A stretch of DNA of 64,000 bases, from positions 33,717-97,716 of the forward strand of contig CALYAY010000005.1 of NCBI GenBank assembly GCA_944393695.1. The letters run 5' to 3'. A program made the position numbers and the translations under genes. Of the stretch, positions 1-8,216 are shown piece after piece. This DNA comes from an uncultured Alphaproteobacteria bacterium (lineage in GTDB: Bacteria > Pseudomonadota > Alphaproteobacteria > RF32 > CAG-239). Within the stretch, counting starts at the first letter, position 1. Every line of letters begins with the position of its first letter. Under the pieces are notes generated by a model. The model was given only the letters and a program-made list of their open reading frames with translations. It was not told the origin of the DNA and did no database searches.

Positions 1-768
1 TATTTTGACCAAAATCTGGCGGATCTGGATCCGTCCAAGACCCTTTGGAAAACCCTGTGTCATGAAGGTGATCATGTGTGGGTGCGCGGACAGTATAAAC
101 ATGTAGTGGCTTATCTGAAAGACTTTTTGTTTAAACCGGAACAGGCGCAATGTCCGGTAAGCGCCTTATCGGGCGGGGAAAAACGCCGTTTGATGCTGGC
201 TTTGGCTCTGGCTCAGCCCTCAAACCTGCTGGTACTTGATGAACCGACCAATGATTTGGATATGGATACAATCGACCTGTTGCAGGAAGTTTTGGATGAA
301 TATCAGGGAACAGCCCTGATTGTCAGCCATGACCGAGATTTTCTCGACCGGGTGGTTACCTCCGTGATTTATATGCCGGGAGACGGCAGCGCCACCGAAT
401 ATCCGGGCGGATACAGCGATATGGAAGCAAAATTATCCGGCAGGAACGAAAAGTCCCCCAAGGTTAAGGAAAACAGAGGGAATCCAGCAAAAGACAAAGC
501 TCCGGAGAAAACTCAGGAAACGAGAAAAACGGGCAGATTAAGTTATAATCAACAGCGGCTGCTGGAGGTTTTGCCGGAACAGATTAAACAGCTTGAAAAA
601 GAAATTGCCGAACTGATTGAAACACTCAGCAATCCGGATTTATATACCCGGGATCCGGAAAAATTCGACCAGGCCAGTCAGGAACTGGCTGACAAGCGGC
701 AGAAAGTTGAAGATTGTGAGAATCAGTGGCTGGAAATCCAATTGCTTAAGGAAGATTTGGAAAAATAA
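1..768 (+). CDS. ABC-F family ATPase (Uup-like), C-terminal portion; 5' end outside window
   Basis: Frame is open from base 1. ABC signature LSGGEKRRL, Walker B LLVLDEPTNDLD, H-loop SHDR, and a C-terminal coiled-coil/charged tail typical of ABC-F proteins. Confidence 0.8.
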   Translation, partial: YFDQNLADLDPSKTLWKTLCHEGDHVWVRGQYKHVVAYLKDFLFKPEQAQCPVSALSGGEKRRLMLALALAQPSNLLVLDEPTNDLDMDTIDLLQEVLDEYQGTALIVSHDRDFLDRVVTSVIYMPGDGSATEYPGGYSDMEAKLSGRNEKSPKVKENRGNPAKDKAPEKTQETRKTGRLSYNQQRLLEVLPEQIKQLEKEIAELIETLSNPDLYTRDPEKFDQASQELADKRQKVEDCENQWLEIQLLKEDLEK

Positions 769-802
769 AGCCCGGAAATATCCGGGCTTGGCTGGTATGG
801 GA

Positions 803-2788
803 TTAGAATTCGATGACAGGATGAACTGATGCTGTTATAGTGTTTTTATTGGAATATCGATCAGTGCTATAACTGTAGCATATTCCGTACTTGCATACAG
901 ATGAGGCACCTGCAGTCCAGACAAATGTTCCCGTTTTTTCAGTTGATGTCCATATAGTTTGTCTAATATAATTGGAATTTCCGGCCACTTTGCGGATGAC
1001 TGATTGGATAAGCTCTTCATTTTCTGGATATGCCCGGAATACACCAGCTGCCGGCAGGCACCAATCGCCAGATTTTGTTCCTTCTGTTTTATATTCGTGT
1101 GCAGCCCAGGCTGCCGGGTAATCATTTTTATTACCCATAGAAACAATTATATTTGTGTTTTCGCAACTTTGAAAATCTGTTGAGGCAGCTTCATAGCTAT
1201 CTTTATTGGGTATACTCAAATCAATTTGTTCTGTATTTGCTGAAGACCATGTATAACTTGTTTTAAAACTTTCTACAGATATAGCCTGGGCGCAGTTTCC
1301 GTCATCGCTTTTATAAATGACGACGGCGATGGGGGTTTTACCAGAGACGACAGTGGAAGCACAGGTTCCGTCACTGTAAAGAATATCGCCGATATTGCAG
1401 TTTTTAGCATAACCGTTACACTTTCCCCATTCTGCTTTAGGTTCTTCTTTGCAAATGCCGTCTTTCCATTCATAACCGCTGGCACAATTACAGGATTTGT
1501 ATTTTCCGTCACAGGCTTCACCAGAGCCGCCGGCGTAACCGGTGCCGGTGCAGGTGTATTGGTAGTCGGCTGAGCATTGCTTTGTGCAGGTTTGAGAGCC
1601 TGAGTTCCAGTCGTAGCCGGACTGGCAGCCGGTTTTGCAATATTTACCGGAGCAGTCTTCATAGCGGCAGGTGAAGGGTGAGGGGCAGCTGGTGTAAGTG
1701 CATTCATAGGCGCACTGTTTGGTGCAGGTCTTGGTATTTTCATTCCAGTCGTAGCCGGGTTGGCAGCCGGTTTTATAATAAAGACCGGAACAATCCTCGT
1801 AGGAGCAGGTGAAGGGTGCGGGACAGTAGGTGAGGCTGCCGAGATTGGGGCAGGCTTTGCAGTTATCGTATTTTATCTGATTTCCTGATTGGCAGGATTT
1901 TGCACCGATTTCGGGCCCCATGCTGCCGCAATCCATATATCCGTTGCAAGGATTGGGTTTGATTTTATATTTTGTTTGTCCGTTGCAATCCACACAGGCT
2001 TCGCCGTCTTGAACGTAACCGTCGGGAATGGTGGTGTTGTCATAACCGGCGCAGGTGTTGCAGCAGGTGCCGTAAGTATTGTCGTACGAGCAACGGTCGG
2101 AGCTTAATTGCTGGCCGGTGCCGCAGGTATTTGTATAGTTTGGATTTAATTCTTTGCAGGCGCGTTCGGTATCTTTTTCACAGGAGGCATATTTCCCGTC
2201 ACAGTCTTCACCGACGCCATAGTAGGGGACTTCACAGGTGACGTAATTGCTTGGACAGGAAGAAACACATTTTTCGAAATAATTGCTGTCGTAGGGGCAG
2301 GTGTTGACGGGTTCCTGACCTTCGGGACATGAGGTTTGGGTATAGCCTTCCTGACAGCAGCGCTCGGCATTGTCGAGGTCATAATCATCACCTCCGGGAG
2401 GTACGCCGCCGTCATCCTCATCGGCATTATTCCCCGCAAACTCATTGCCGGAACAGTTGGTTGTGTCGGTCACGAAACAGGCGGCTGCGAGTTTTATTTT
2501 TTCACCCTTTTCTTCCCTCCCTAAAGAGTTAGGGAGGGTAAGGGAGGGTTTGAAACCCTCTCTGTCTCTCCCTGAGTTTTCAGGGAGAGTAAGTTCGGCA
2601 AAATCTTCAGGTGAAGACAAATGTCCGGCCGTGAGGTGTGAAGTGTGTGTGGAAACGTGTGATTTAACTCCGGCGGGAATAAAAGACGGGGAAGTGTCAA
2701 AATGATTAAAGTCAGCGCAACACCAATCAGCTCCGGCAATAAGGGACATGCAGGAAGCCGACAACATGAGAATAGTCTTATTCATCAT
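803..2788 (-). CDS. Cysteine-rich secreted protein with C-terminal DUF1566 (Lcl-C-like) domain
   Basis: N-terminal signal peptide. More than 80 Cys in repeated CxxGYDW / CSG modules. C-terminus (GKTPIAVVIY...YPAAWAAHEYKTEGTKSGDWCLPAAG) matches the DUF1566 pattern and is paralogous to 19299..20123. N-terminal half is paralogous to 20414..21508. Confidence 0.75.
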   Translation of the reverse strand: MMNKTILMLSASCMSLIAGADWCCADFNHFDTSPSFIPAGVKSHVSTHTSHLTAGHLSSPEDFAELTLPENSGRDREGFKPSLTLPNSLGREEKGEKIKLAAACFVTDTTNCSGNEFAGNNADEDDGGVPPGGDDYDLDNAERCCQEGYTQTSCPEGQEPVNTCPYDSNYFEKCVSSCPSNYVTCEVPYYGVGEDCDGKYASCEKDTERACKELNPNYTNTCGTGQQLSSDRCSYDNTYGTCCNTCAGYDNTTIPDGYVQDGEACVDCNGQTKYKIKPNPCNGYMDCGSMGPEIGAKSCQSGNQIKYDNCKACPNLGSLTYCPAPFTCSYEDCSGLYYKTGCQPGYDWNENTKTCTKQCAYECTYTSCPSPFTCRYEDCSGKYCKTGCQSGYDWNSGSQTCTKQCSADYQYTCTGTGYAGGSGEACDGKYKSCNCASGYEWKDGICKEEPKAEWGKCNGYAKNCNIGDILYSDGTCASTVVSGKTPIAVVIYKSDDGNCAQAISVESFKTSYTWSSANTEQIDLSIPNKDSYEAASTDFQSCENTNIIVSMGNKNDYPAAWAAHEYKTEGTKSGDWCLPAAGVFRAYPENEELIQSVIRKVAGNSNYIRQTIWTSTEKTGTFVWTAGASSVCKYGICYSYSTDRYSNKNTITASVHPVIEF

Positions 2789-2915
2789 AATAACACCTCT
2801 TAGTCTTAAATTACATTTGTCTTCACGAATCTAATGATAACAGAAATTGAAATGGTTGTAAATAGATAATTTGGCTATATGACGGGAAATCTGACTAGAA
2901 GAAAATAAGGCTGAC
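2789..2915 (-). promoter_or_regulatory. Conserved 5' leader/promoter region shared by the two Cys-rich paralogs (tgtcttcacgaatctaatgataacag ... atgacgggaaatc)
   Basis: Near-identical blocks at 2790..2910 and 21510..21610, immediately upstream of paralogous start codons. RBS aagaggtg precedes the ATG. Confidence 0.35.
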
Positions 2916-3232
2916 ATTTGACCCCTCCGGCTCCCCTTTCTAAAGGGGAGAGGTCAATAAGGAAGATCCCTTGACGTTCAGGCTGGCGCTGAACGAGGGA
3001 TGACAGTTTTTTGAAAATGAAACCCTCCCCAACCTTCTGGCTCCGTAAGTGTTGCCAAGGGGCAACACTAAGTCGTTGCGGTCACTCGGTTTGTAACGCT
3101 CATTTCGCGTTGCTGCCGCTAGCTTATGAGCTAACAAACTCTCGCCTGTCGTTGAAAATATCTCCACCGGAGATATTTTCTGCCTCCGGCCCTGAGTTTT
3201 CAGGGAGGGGGAAGACAAGAAGGAGGATGGCT
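2916..3232. repeat. Composite REP/RPE-like palindromic mosaic repeat cluster (copy A)
   Basis: Modules include gacccctccggctcccctttctaaaggggagagg, cttgacgttcaggctggcgctgaacgagggatgac, gaaaccctcccc and a 120-bp unit. Full composite recurs at 21812..22200. Partial copies at 20140..20410 (inverted) and 43730..44150. Confidence 0.8.
3066..3187. repeat. About 120-bp structured repeat unit, copy 1 (candidate sRNA/structured element)
   Basis: 117/120 identical to 22039..22160. Contains hairpins tgttgccaaggggcaaca, gtaacgctcatttcgcgttgc and tatctccaccggagata. Confidence 0.5.
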
Positions 3233-3262
3233 AAAAAATAAAGCCCCGTTTCCGGGGCTTGG
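3233..3262 (-). terminator. Rho-independent terminator downstream of pyk
   Basis: Hairpin agccccgtttccggggct followed by a T-run on the minus strand. Confidence 0.6.
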
Positions 3263-3267
3263 AAGTT

Positions 3268-4692
3268 TTAAGGAATATACACCGTATGGAGCATATTGGT
3301 ACGGCCCTTTTTGCCCAAGGGGAAACCGGCGGTAATGATAATATGGTCTCCGGATTTGGCAAAACCATTTTCAACCGCAATTTTTACGGCCGTTTCTTCA
3401 ATTTTATCAAAACTGGCAAAAGTCTGTTTGTTTACAAAACTCTTGGCTCCCCAAACAATACCCAGACGGCGGGCAACCTCAATATTCGGCGTAATGGCCA
3501 AAATCGGCAGATTGGGGCGTTCTCGGGCGGTTAAAAACGTGGTCAGACCGGATGAAGTATAAGTTATTATCGCGGCTACGTTTTTCAACACACCGGCAAT
3601 ATCGCTGGCGGCAAAGGTAATCGAATCGGATTCACCGACACAACAGGGGTGCAGACGCTGGCTGTCCATTAATTTGTAAAACAGAGGATCAGCTTCAACT
3701 TCGGTGATAATATCGCGCATCATGCGCACGGCTTCCACCGGATATTTACCGGCGGCCGACTCTGCAGAAAGCATAACCGTATCGGCTCCGTCATAAACAG
3801 CGGTGGCCACATCAGAGGCTTCCGCACGGGTGGGGCCGGGATTATTAATCATGGATTCAAGCATTTGCGTGGCAATAATGACCGGACGGCCGAGTTTGCG
3901 GCAGGCGGCTACGATTTTTTTCTGCAATACGGGAACCTGCTGTATCGGACATTCGACTCCCAAGTCGCCCCGGGCCACCATGATACCGTCGGAGAGTTTG
4001 ATAATCTCATCAAGCTCGGCAATGGCACTCGGTTTTTCCAGTTTGGAAATAATCCAGGCCTTGTCGCCTATCAGTTCGCGCGCATAGCGGACATCGTCGG
4101 CTTTTTGCACAAAAGATAAAGAAATCCAGTCAAAACCCAGTTTTAAGGCAAATTTCAAATCATTCTTGTCTTTTTCGGTAATGGCGGAAATCGGCAAAGT
4201 GATATTCGGCAGATTAACGCCTTTATGACTGGACAGAGGGCCGCCCACTTCAACCTTGGTCCAGATATGCGAATCATCATGTTTTTCGACCCGGAGACGG
4301 ATGTTTCCGTCATTTAACAGCAAAAGGTCTTTGGGTTTAACGGCCTTGAATATCTCGGGATGAGGCAGCGGAACCCGTTTTTCGTCACCGGGGTCTTTGT
4401 CCATATCCAACAAAAACTTCTGCCCTTCTTTGAGCATAACCTCACCGTCTTTAAATTCACCAACCCGCAGCTTCGGCCCCTGCATATCGGCAATCAGCGT
4501 AATATGCAGCCCTTTTTCTTTGGCCAGTTTGCGAACAATTTCATAACGTTCTTTATGTTCTTCGTGGGTTCCGTGGCTGAAATTAAAGCGGAAAGCATCG
4601 GCGCCGGAATCAATCAGCCGTTCAATCACTTCGCGTGAGGCTGAAGACGGTCCGATGGTTGCCAGAATGTGAGTTTTTGTTTTATGCGGCAT
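3268..4692 (-). CDS. pyk: Pyruvate kinase
   Basis: N-terminal sequence MPHKTKTHILATIGPSS...RFNFSHG and motifs throughout. ATG at 4692 with aaaggg RBS; ORF-track start at 4707 is TTG. Confidence 0.9.
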   Translation of the reverse strand: MPHKTKTHILATIGPSSASREVIERLIDSGADAFRFNFSHGTHEEHKERYEIVRKLAKEKGLHITLIADMQGPKLRVGEFKDGEVMLKEGQKFLLDMDKDPGDEKRVPLPHPEIFKAVKPKDLLLLNDGNIRLRVEKHDDSHIWTKVEVGGPLSSHKGVNLPNITLPISAITEKDKNDLKFALKLGFDWISLSFVQKADDVRYARELIGDKAWIISKLEKPSAIAELDEIIKLSDGIMVARGDLGVECPIQQVPVLQKKIVAACRKLGRPVIIATQMLESMINNPGPTRAEASDVATAVYDGADTVMLSAESAAGKYPVEAVRMMRDIITEVEADPLFYKLMDSQRLHPCCVGESDSITFAASDIAGVLKNVAAIITYTSSGLTTFLTARERPNLPILAITPNIEVARRLGIVWGAKSFVNKQTFASFDKIEETAVKIAVENGFAKSGDHIIITAGFPLGKKGRTNMLHTVYIP

Positions 4693-4856
4693 AATAAACC
4701 CTTTCAATAATTAATCTCTGCCGATATAGTAATCAAAAATAATTTAACAATATATTACATTATCCGATTAATCCCCTAAATTTATTGCTTGTAAAATAAA
4801 TTTGATTTTGTTAGATTGAGGGGCAATGTTAACTTGTTTTTTAAGGAGCTTTAACT

Positions 4857-5099
4857 ATGAGTGACGTTGGGGGAATCGACAGTTCAAGACTGGCATCTCT
4901 GATTGAAAGAATTGAACATCTGGAAGAGGAAAAAGCGGCTATTGCCTCGGATATACGTGATATTTTTGCCGAAGCAAAGTCTGCCGGATTTGACGTTAAA
5001 ATCATGCGGGCGGTTTTGAAACTGCGCAAGATGAACGCTGCCGACCGCGATGAGCAGGAAATTTTGCTGGAGACTTATCGCAAGGCTTTGGATTTGTAG
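4857..5099 (+). CDS. gapR: GapR-like DUF2312 nucleoid-associated protein
   Basis: 80 aa. LIERIEHLEEEK...DIFAEAKSAGFDVKIMRAVLKLRK closely matches Caulobacter GapR/DUF2312. RBS aaggag upstream. Confidence 0.75.
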   Translation: MSDVGGIDSSRLASLIERIEHLEEEKAAIASDIRDIFAEAKSAGFDVKIMRAVLKLRKMNAADRDEQEILLETYRKALDL

Positions 5100-5125
5100 T
5101 CTTTAATATCAAAAAAAAAAATCAA

Positions 5126-5149
5126 CCTCCGCCGGGCGGAGGTTTTTTG
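5126..5149 (+). terminator. Rho-independent terminator after gapR
   Basis: Hairpin cctccgcc-g-ggcggagg followed by tttttt. Confidence 0.7.
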
Positions 5150-5154
5150 TTATA

Positions 5155-5646
5155 TTATAATCCCCAGCGGACATAACGGGGAAGTTTCATATAATTACAG
5201 CCTTCGGCGCCGAATTCAGGACAATCGGGCGAAACATAACTCATTTCAATATCCAACAGGTGATAAACCCCATAGCTATGACGAACGGCCCGCAGATAAA
5301 GCGGCATCATGGAAGTTTGGACGGCAATGTCACTGTAGGTGCTCTCATCGGTTACGGGGTTGGGACTTTTCAAAAACGGCAGACAGAGCCAAATGTCCTT
5401 TTCTCCGGCAGCCGGCGTGCAAGACAATGCATGGTTCAGATGATCGGAAAAAATGGTATTGTATTTATGCTGAGAACCGGCAGCAGCTTTAATTTTTCCA
5501 ACGGTCAAATCACCGTCAAAAACATTTCCCGGGCGGGGGTTGGTGTTTTGCCAGGTGCCATACATATTGCCGCTGCAGAAAAACAAAATCAACATCCCCA
5601 CACCTAATACGCCGGCAAGTGCATAAACTATATATTTGTTTTTCAT
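5155..5646 (-). CDS. Hypothetical secreted/membrane-anchored protein
   Basis: 163-aa ORF. N-terminal hydrophobic segment MKNKYIVYALAGVLGVGMLILFF. No recognisable domain. Confidence 0.5.
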   Translation of the reverse strand: MKNKYIVYALAGVLGVGMLILFFCSGNMYGTWQNTNPRPGNVFDGDLTVGKIKAAAGSQHKYNTIFSDHLNHALSCTPAAGEKDIWLCLPFLKSPNPVTDESTYSDIAVQTSMMPLYLRAVRHSYGVYHLLDIEMSYVSPDCPEFGAEGCNYMKLPRYVRWGL

Positions 5647-5658
5647 AGCCCTCTCCTT

Positions 5659-6177
5659 TTATAATTTTAATACCATTCCGACTCCGGCTGCAATCACGAT
5701 ATAAAGAATCGGACTGAAACGGAATTTGCGAATAATCACAAAAAACAATACAAACAACGCCGCATTTAACCAAGTGGTAAGCGAAAGTTTTCCGACTTCG
5801 GCACCGGCCATCAGAATCAGAGCAAGTACCGCCGGACGAATCCCGGACAAAACGCTGCGAACCCGCTCATCTTTACTATAACGGGACAAAAAACGGGCGA
5901 TTACAATAATGATCACGACCGAAGGAAACGTCAGTCCGGTAACGGCGCAAAAAGCCCCGGCAATTCCGGCGGTTTTGTAGCCAGCATAAACAGCCATGTT
6001 TACGCCCAAAGGCCCGGGCGTGGACTCGGAAACGGCAATCATGTTGCTCAATTCTTCGGTTGTAAACCAGGGGTAAGTTTCCGCCAGATCAAATAAAAAA
6101 GGAATGGTGACCAAACCGCCGCCGATGGCAAAAAGGCCGACCTTAAAAAATTCATAAAACAACAGCCAATAGATCAT
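5659..6177 (-). CDS. chrA: Chromate transporter family protein (short-chain CHR, second half of pair)
   Basis: CHR-family motifs FKVGLFAIGGG...TPGP, multiple TM segments. 4-nt overlap with the upstream partner. Confidence 0.75.
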   Translation of the reverse strand: MIYWLLFYEFFKVGLFAIGGGLVTIPFLFDLAETYPWFTTEELSNMIAVSESTPGPLGVNMAVYAGYKTAGIAGAFCAVTGLTFPSVVIIIVIARFLSRYSKDERVRSVLSGIRPAVLALILMAGAEVGKLSLTTWLNAALFVLFFVIIRKFRFSPILYIVIAAGVGMVLKL

Positions 6178-6710
6178 TTTTGCAGCCTCCGCCGGGTATA
6201 GGCATAAAGGAATCCGGCACAGCCGGCCGCAATCACCGCCCAGATGGCTGAGAGATTAAGACACAACAATCCGCCCAGCGTCAAAGCAAAAACAATATAA
6301 CCGAAGATGCCGTTCACCCCTTTGCGCCACATATCAATCAAGGTGTTGAAAATAAGCGCGGCAACCACGATGCGAATCCCGGCAAAAGCATGTATCAGCC
6401 AGGTGTTGTGCATAAAGCGCAAAAGGATGGAGGCAATCAGGCAGATAATGATGAATGACGGCAGAATGATGGCAACTGTTGCCATAACGCCTCCGAACCA
6501 ACCGTGAAGTTTGTAGCCGATGAAAGTGGCCACGTTTACGGCAATAATGCCCGGCGTGCACTGCCCGACGGAATAATAGTCCATTAGCTCCTCATCACTG
6601 GCCCAGCGGTTGCGGCGGACGATTTCGTCCTGTAAAAGAGGCAGCATGGCATAGCCGCCGCCAAACGTAAAAAGACCGATCTTAAAAAAAGTCAAAAAAA
6701 GCCTGAACAT
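6174..6710 (-). CDS. chrA: Chromate transporter family protein (short-chain CHR, first half of pair)
   Basis: FKIGLFTFGGGYAMLPLLQ...GQCTPGI, the conserved CHR N-terminal motif. Confidence 0.75.
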   Translation of the reverse strand: MFRLFLTFFKIGLFTFGGGYAMLPLLQDEIVRRNRWASDEELMDYYSVGQCTPGIIAVNVATFIGYKLHGWFGGVMATVAIILPSFIIICLIASILLRFMHNTWLIHAFAGIRIVVAALIFNTLIDMWRKGVNGIFGYIVFALTLGGLLCLNLSAIWAVIAAGCAGFLYAYTRRRLQK

Positions 6711-6798
6711 TTTTATTGCTCCGGTGGTTGGTTGACAAACCGATGAGTATTATATTATTCATAAACTACCGAGAGTCAAAATAAATTCAGAGGTTAAA

Positions 6799-7905
6799 AT
6801 GATTATTTGCGTTCCCAAGGAAATCAGAACCGGAGAAACCCGGGTGGCCATCGTTCCCGATACAGTAAAAAAGCTGACCGGGCTGGGAATCGAGGTTCAA
6901 ATTGAAAAATCCGCAGGAAAAGCTGCCGGGTTTGATGATGAGGAATACCGGCAGTCCGGAGCGGTTATCGGCAAGACGGCAGACAAAATTTATGAGGAAG
7001 CAGATATTGTTTTGAAAATCAATGCGCCGGAAGAAAGCGAATTTTCCAGATTAAGACAAGGATGCGTCATTATTGCCAATTTCCGGGGCAAAGACTCTGC
7101 CGAATACCTGAAAAAAGCGGCTCAGAGAAAAGTCAGTTGTCTGGCACTTGACCGGCTGCCACGCTTATCCAAAACGCAAAGTATGGATATTTTATCGTCG
7201 CAAAGCAATCTGGCCGGGTATGAAGCCGTGATTACCGCCGTTAAAGCCCTGAACAAGGCAGTGCCGATGATGATGACCGCTGCCGGAACCATTGCCCCGG
7301 CCAAAGTATTGGTTCTGGGGACGGGAGTTGCCGGGCTGCAGGCCATTGCCACGGCCAAGCGGCTGGGGGCCCAGGTTTTTGCCTCGGATGTGCGCCCGCA
7401 GATGAAAGAACAAGCGGAATCCCTCGGGGCGCGTTTTTTGGAGACCGGCAACAACGAAACATTTGAAACAGACAGCGGTTATGCAAAGGAAACTTCCCGG
7501 GAATATCAGCTGGAACAACAAAGAATCGTGGCCGAACAGCTCAAGAAAACCGATATTGTGATAACAACGGCTCTGCTTCCCGGAAAAAGAGCACCCATTT
7601 TGATTACCAAGAAGATGATAGAAAACATGCCCAAAGGCTCGGTTATTGTGGATCTTGCGGCAGCCGAAGGCGGAAATACGGAAGGGTGCGAAGATCAAAA
7701 GACGAACGAATATGCCGGGGTCAGCATCATCGGCGCGGGAAATCCGGCAACTGGGGTTCCTTATTCGGCCAGTCAGATGTTTTCCCGTAATCTGTTTAAT
7801 TTTCTGCAGCCATTTTACCGGGAGGAAAGCAGAAGTTTTGAATTTGATTATTCGGACGAACTGATACGTGCCGTCTGCCTTTTGAAAAGAGGAGAAATGT
7901 TATGA
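6799..7905 (+). CDS. pntAA: NAD(P) transhydrogenase subunit alpha part 1
   Basis: Alanine-dehydrogenase/PNT fold. GTGVAGLQAIATAKRLGA Rossmann motif. Overlaps pntAB start. Confidence 0.9.
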   Translation: MIICVPKEIRTGETRVAIVPDTVKKLTGLGIEVQIEKSAGKAAGFDDEEYRQSGAVIGKTADKIYEEADIVLKINAPEESEFSRLRQGCVIIANFRGKDSAEYLKKAAQRKVSCLALDRLPRLSKTQSMDILSSQSNLAGYEAVITAVKALNKAVPMMMTAAGTIAPAKVLVLGTGVAGLQAIATAKRLGAQVFASDVRPQMKEQAESLGARFLETGNNETFETDSGYAKETSREYQLEQQRIVAEQLKKTDIVITTALLPGKRAPILITKKMIENMPKGSVIVDLAAAEGGNTEGCEDQKTNEYAGVSIIGAGNPATGVPYSASQMFSRNLFNFLQPFYREESRSFEFDYSDELIRAVCLLKRGEML

Positions 7906-8216
7906 CTGAAATGTGGTTTCTGGCAACAATTTTAATGCTGGCCGGATTTACCGGATATTTTGCGGTGAAAGGGGTTACACCGGCACTGCATTCGCCGTTA
8001 ATGAGCGTAACCAACGCCATTTCGGGCATTGTAATCATCGGAGCCTTAATTACGGCCGGCAGTGCTGAAACGCAGACCGTTTCTTTTCCGGGACTGGCCG
8101 CAATCTTTCTGGCGGCGGTTAATATTTTCGGCGGATTTGCCGTTTCTCAGAGAATGCTGCTGATGTTCAAGAAAAAAGAAAACACCCGTCCGGAACAAAA
8201 AGGGGAAAAACAATGA
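7902..8216 (+). CDS. pntAB: NAD(P) transhydrogenase subunit alpha part 2 (membrane)
   Basis: 104-aa integral membrane protein, translationally coupled between pntAA and pntB. Confidence 0.85.
   Translation: MTEMWFLATILMLAGFTGYFAVKGVTPALHSPLMSVTNAISGIVIIGALITAGSAETQTVSFPGLAAIFLAAVNIFGGFAVSQRMLLMFKKKENTRPEQKGEKQ

Noticed and set aside
76-768. ORF-track start at 76 for the ABC-F gene
   Set aside because: The reading frame is open from base 1, and the upstream translation (YFDQNLADLDPSKTLW...) is conserved ABC-F linker. The gene is 5'-truncated by the window.
835-2739. Numerous 60-160-aa ORFs (835..1146, 1273..1743, 1889..2107, 1972..2241, 2146..2445 and others) overlapping the 803..2788 gene on both strands
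   Set aside because: All lie inside the long Cys-rich CDS. They have biased Pro/Ala/Arg/His compositions typical of out-of-frame translation of a Cys-codon-rich gene.
2940-3241. ORFs 2940..3218 (-) and 3011..3241 (+) in the repeat cluster, and 21940..22140 / 22321..22551 in the second cluster
   Set aside because: They traverse palindromic repeat DNA. The shared peptide between copies is explained by 97% nucleotide identity of the repeat unit. No RBS.
4720-4856. CtrA box (TTAA-N7-TTAAC) upstream of gapR
   Set aside because: The closest candidate (TTAACttgttttTTAAg) has 8-nt spacing rather than 7, so it is not a convincing match.
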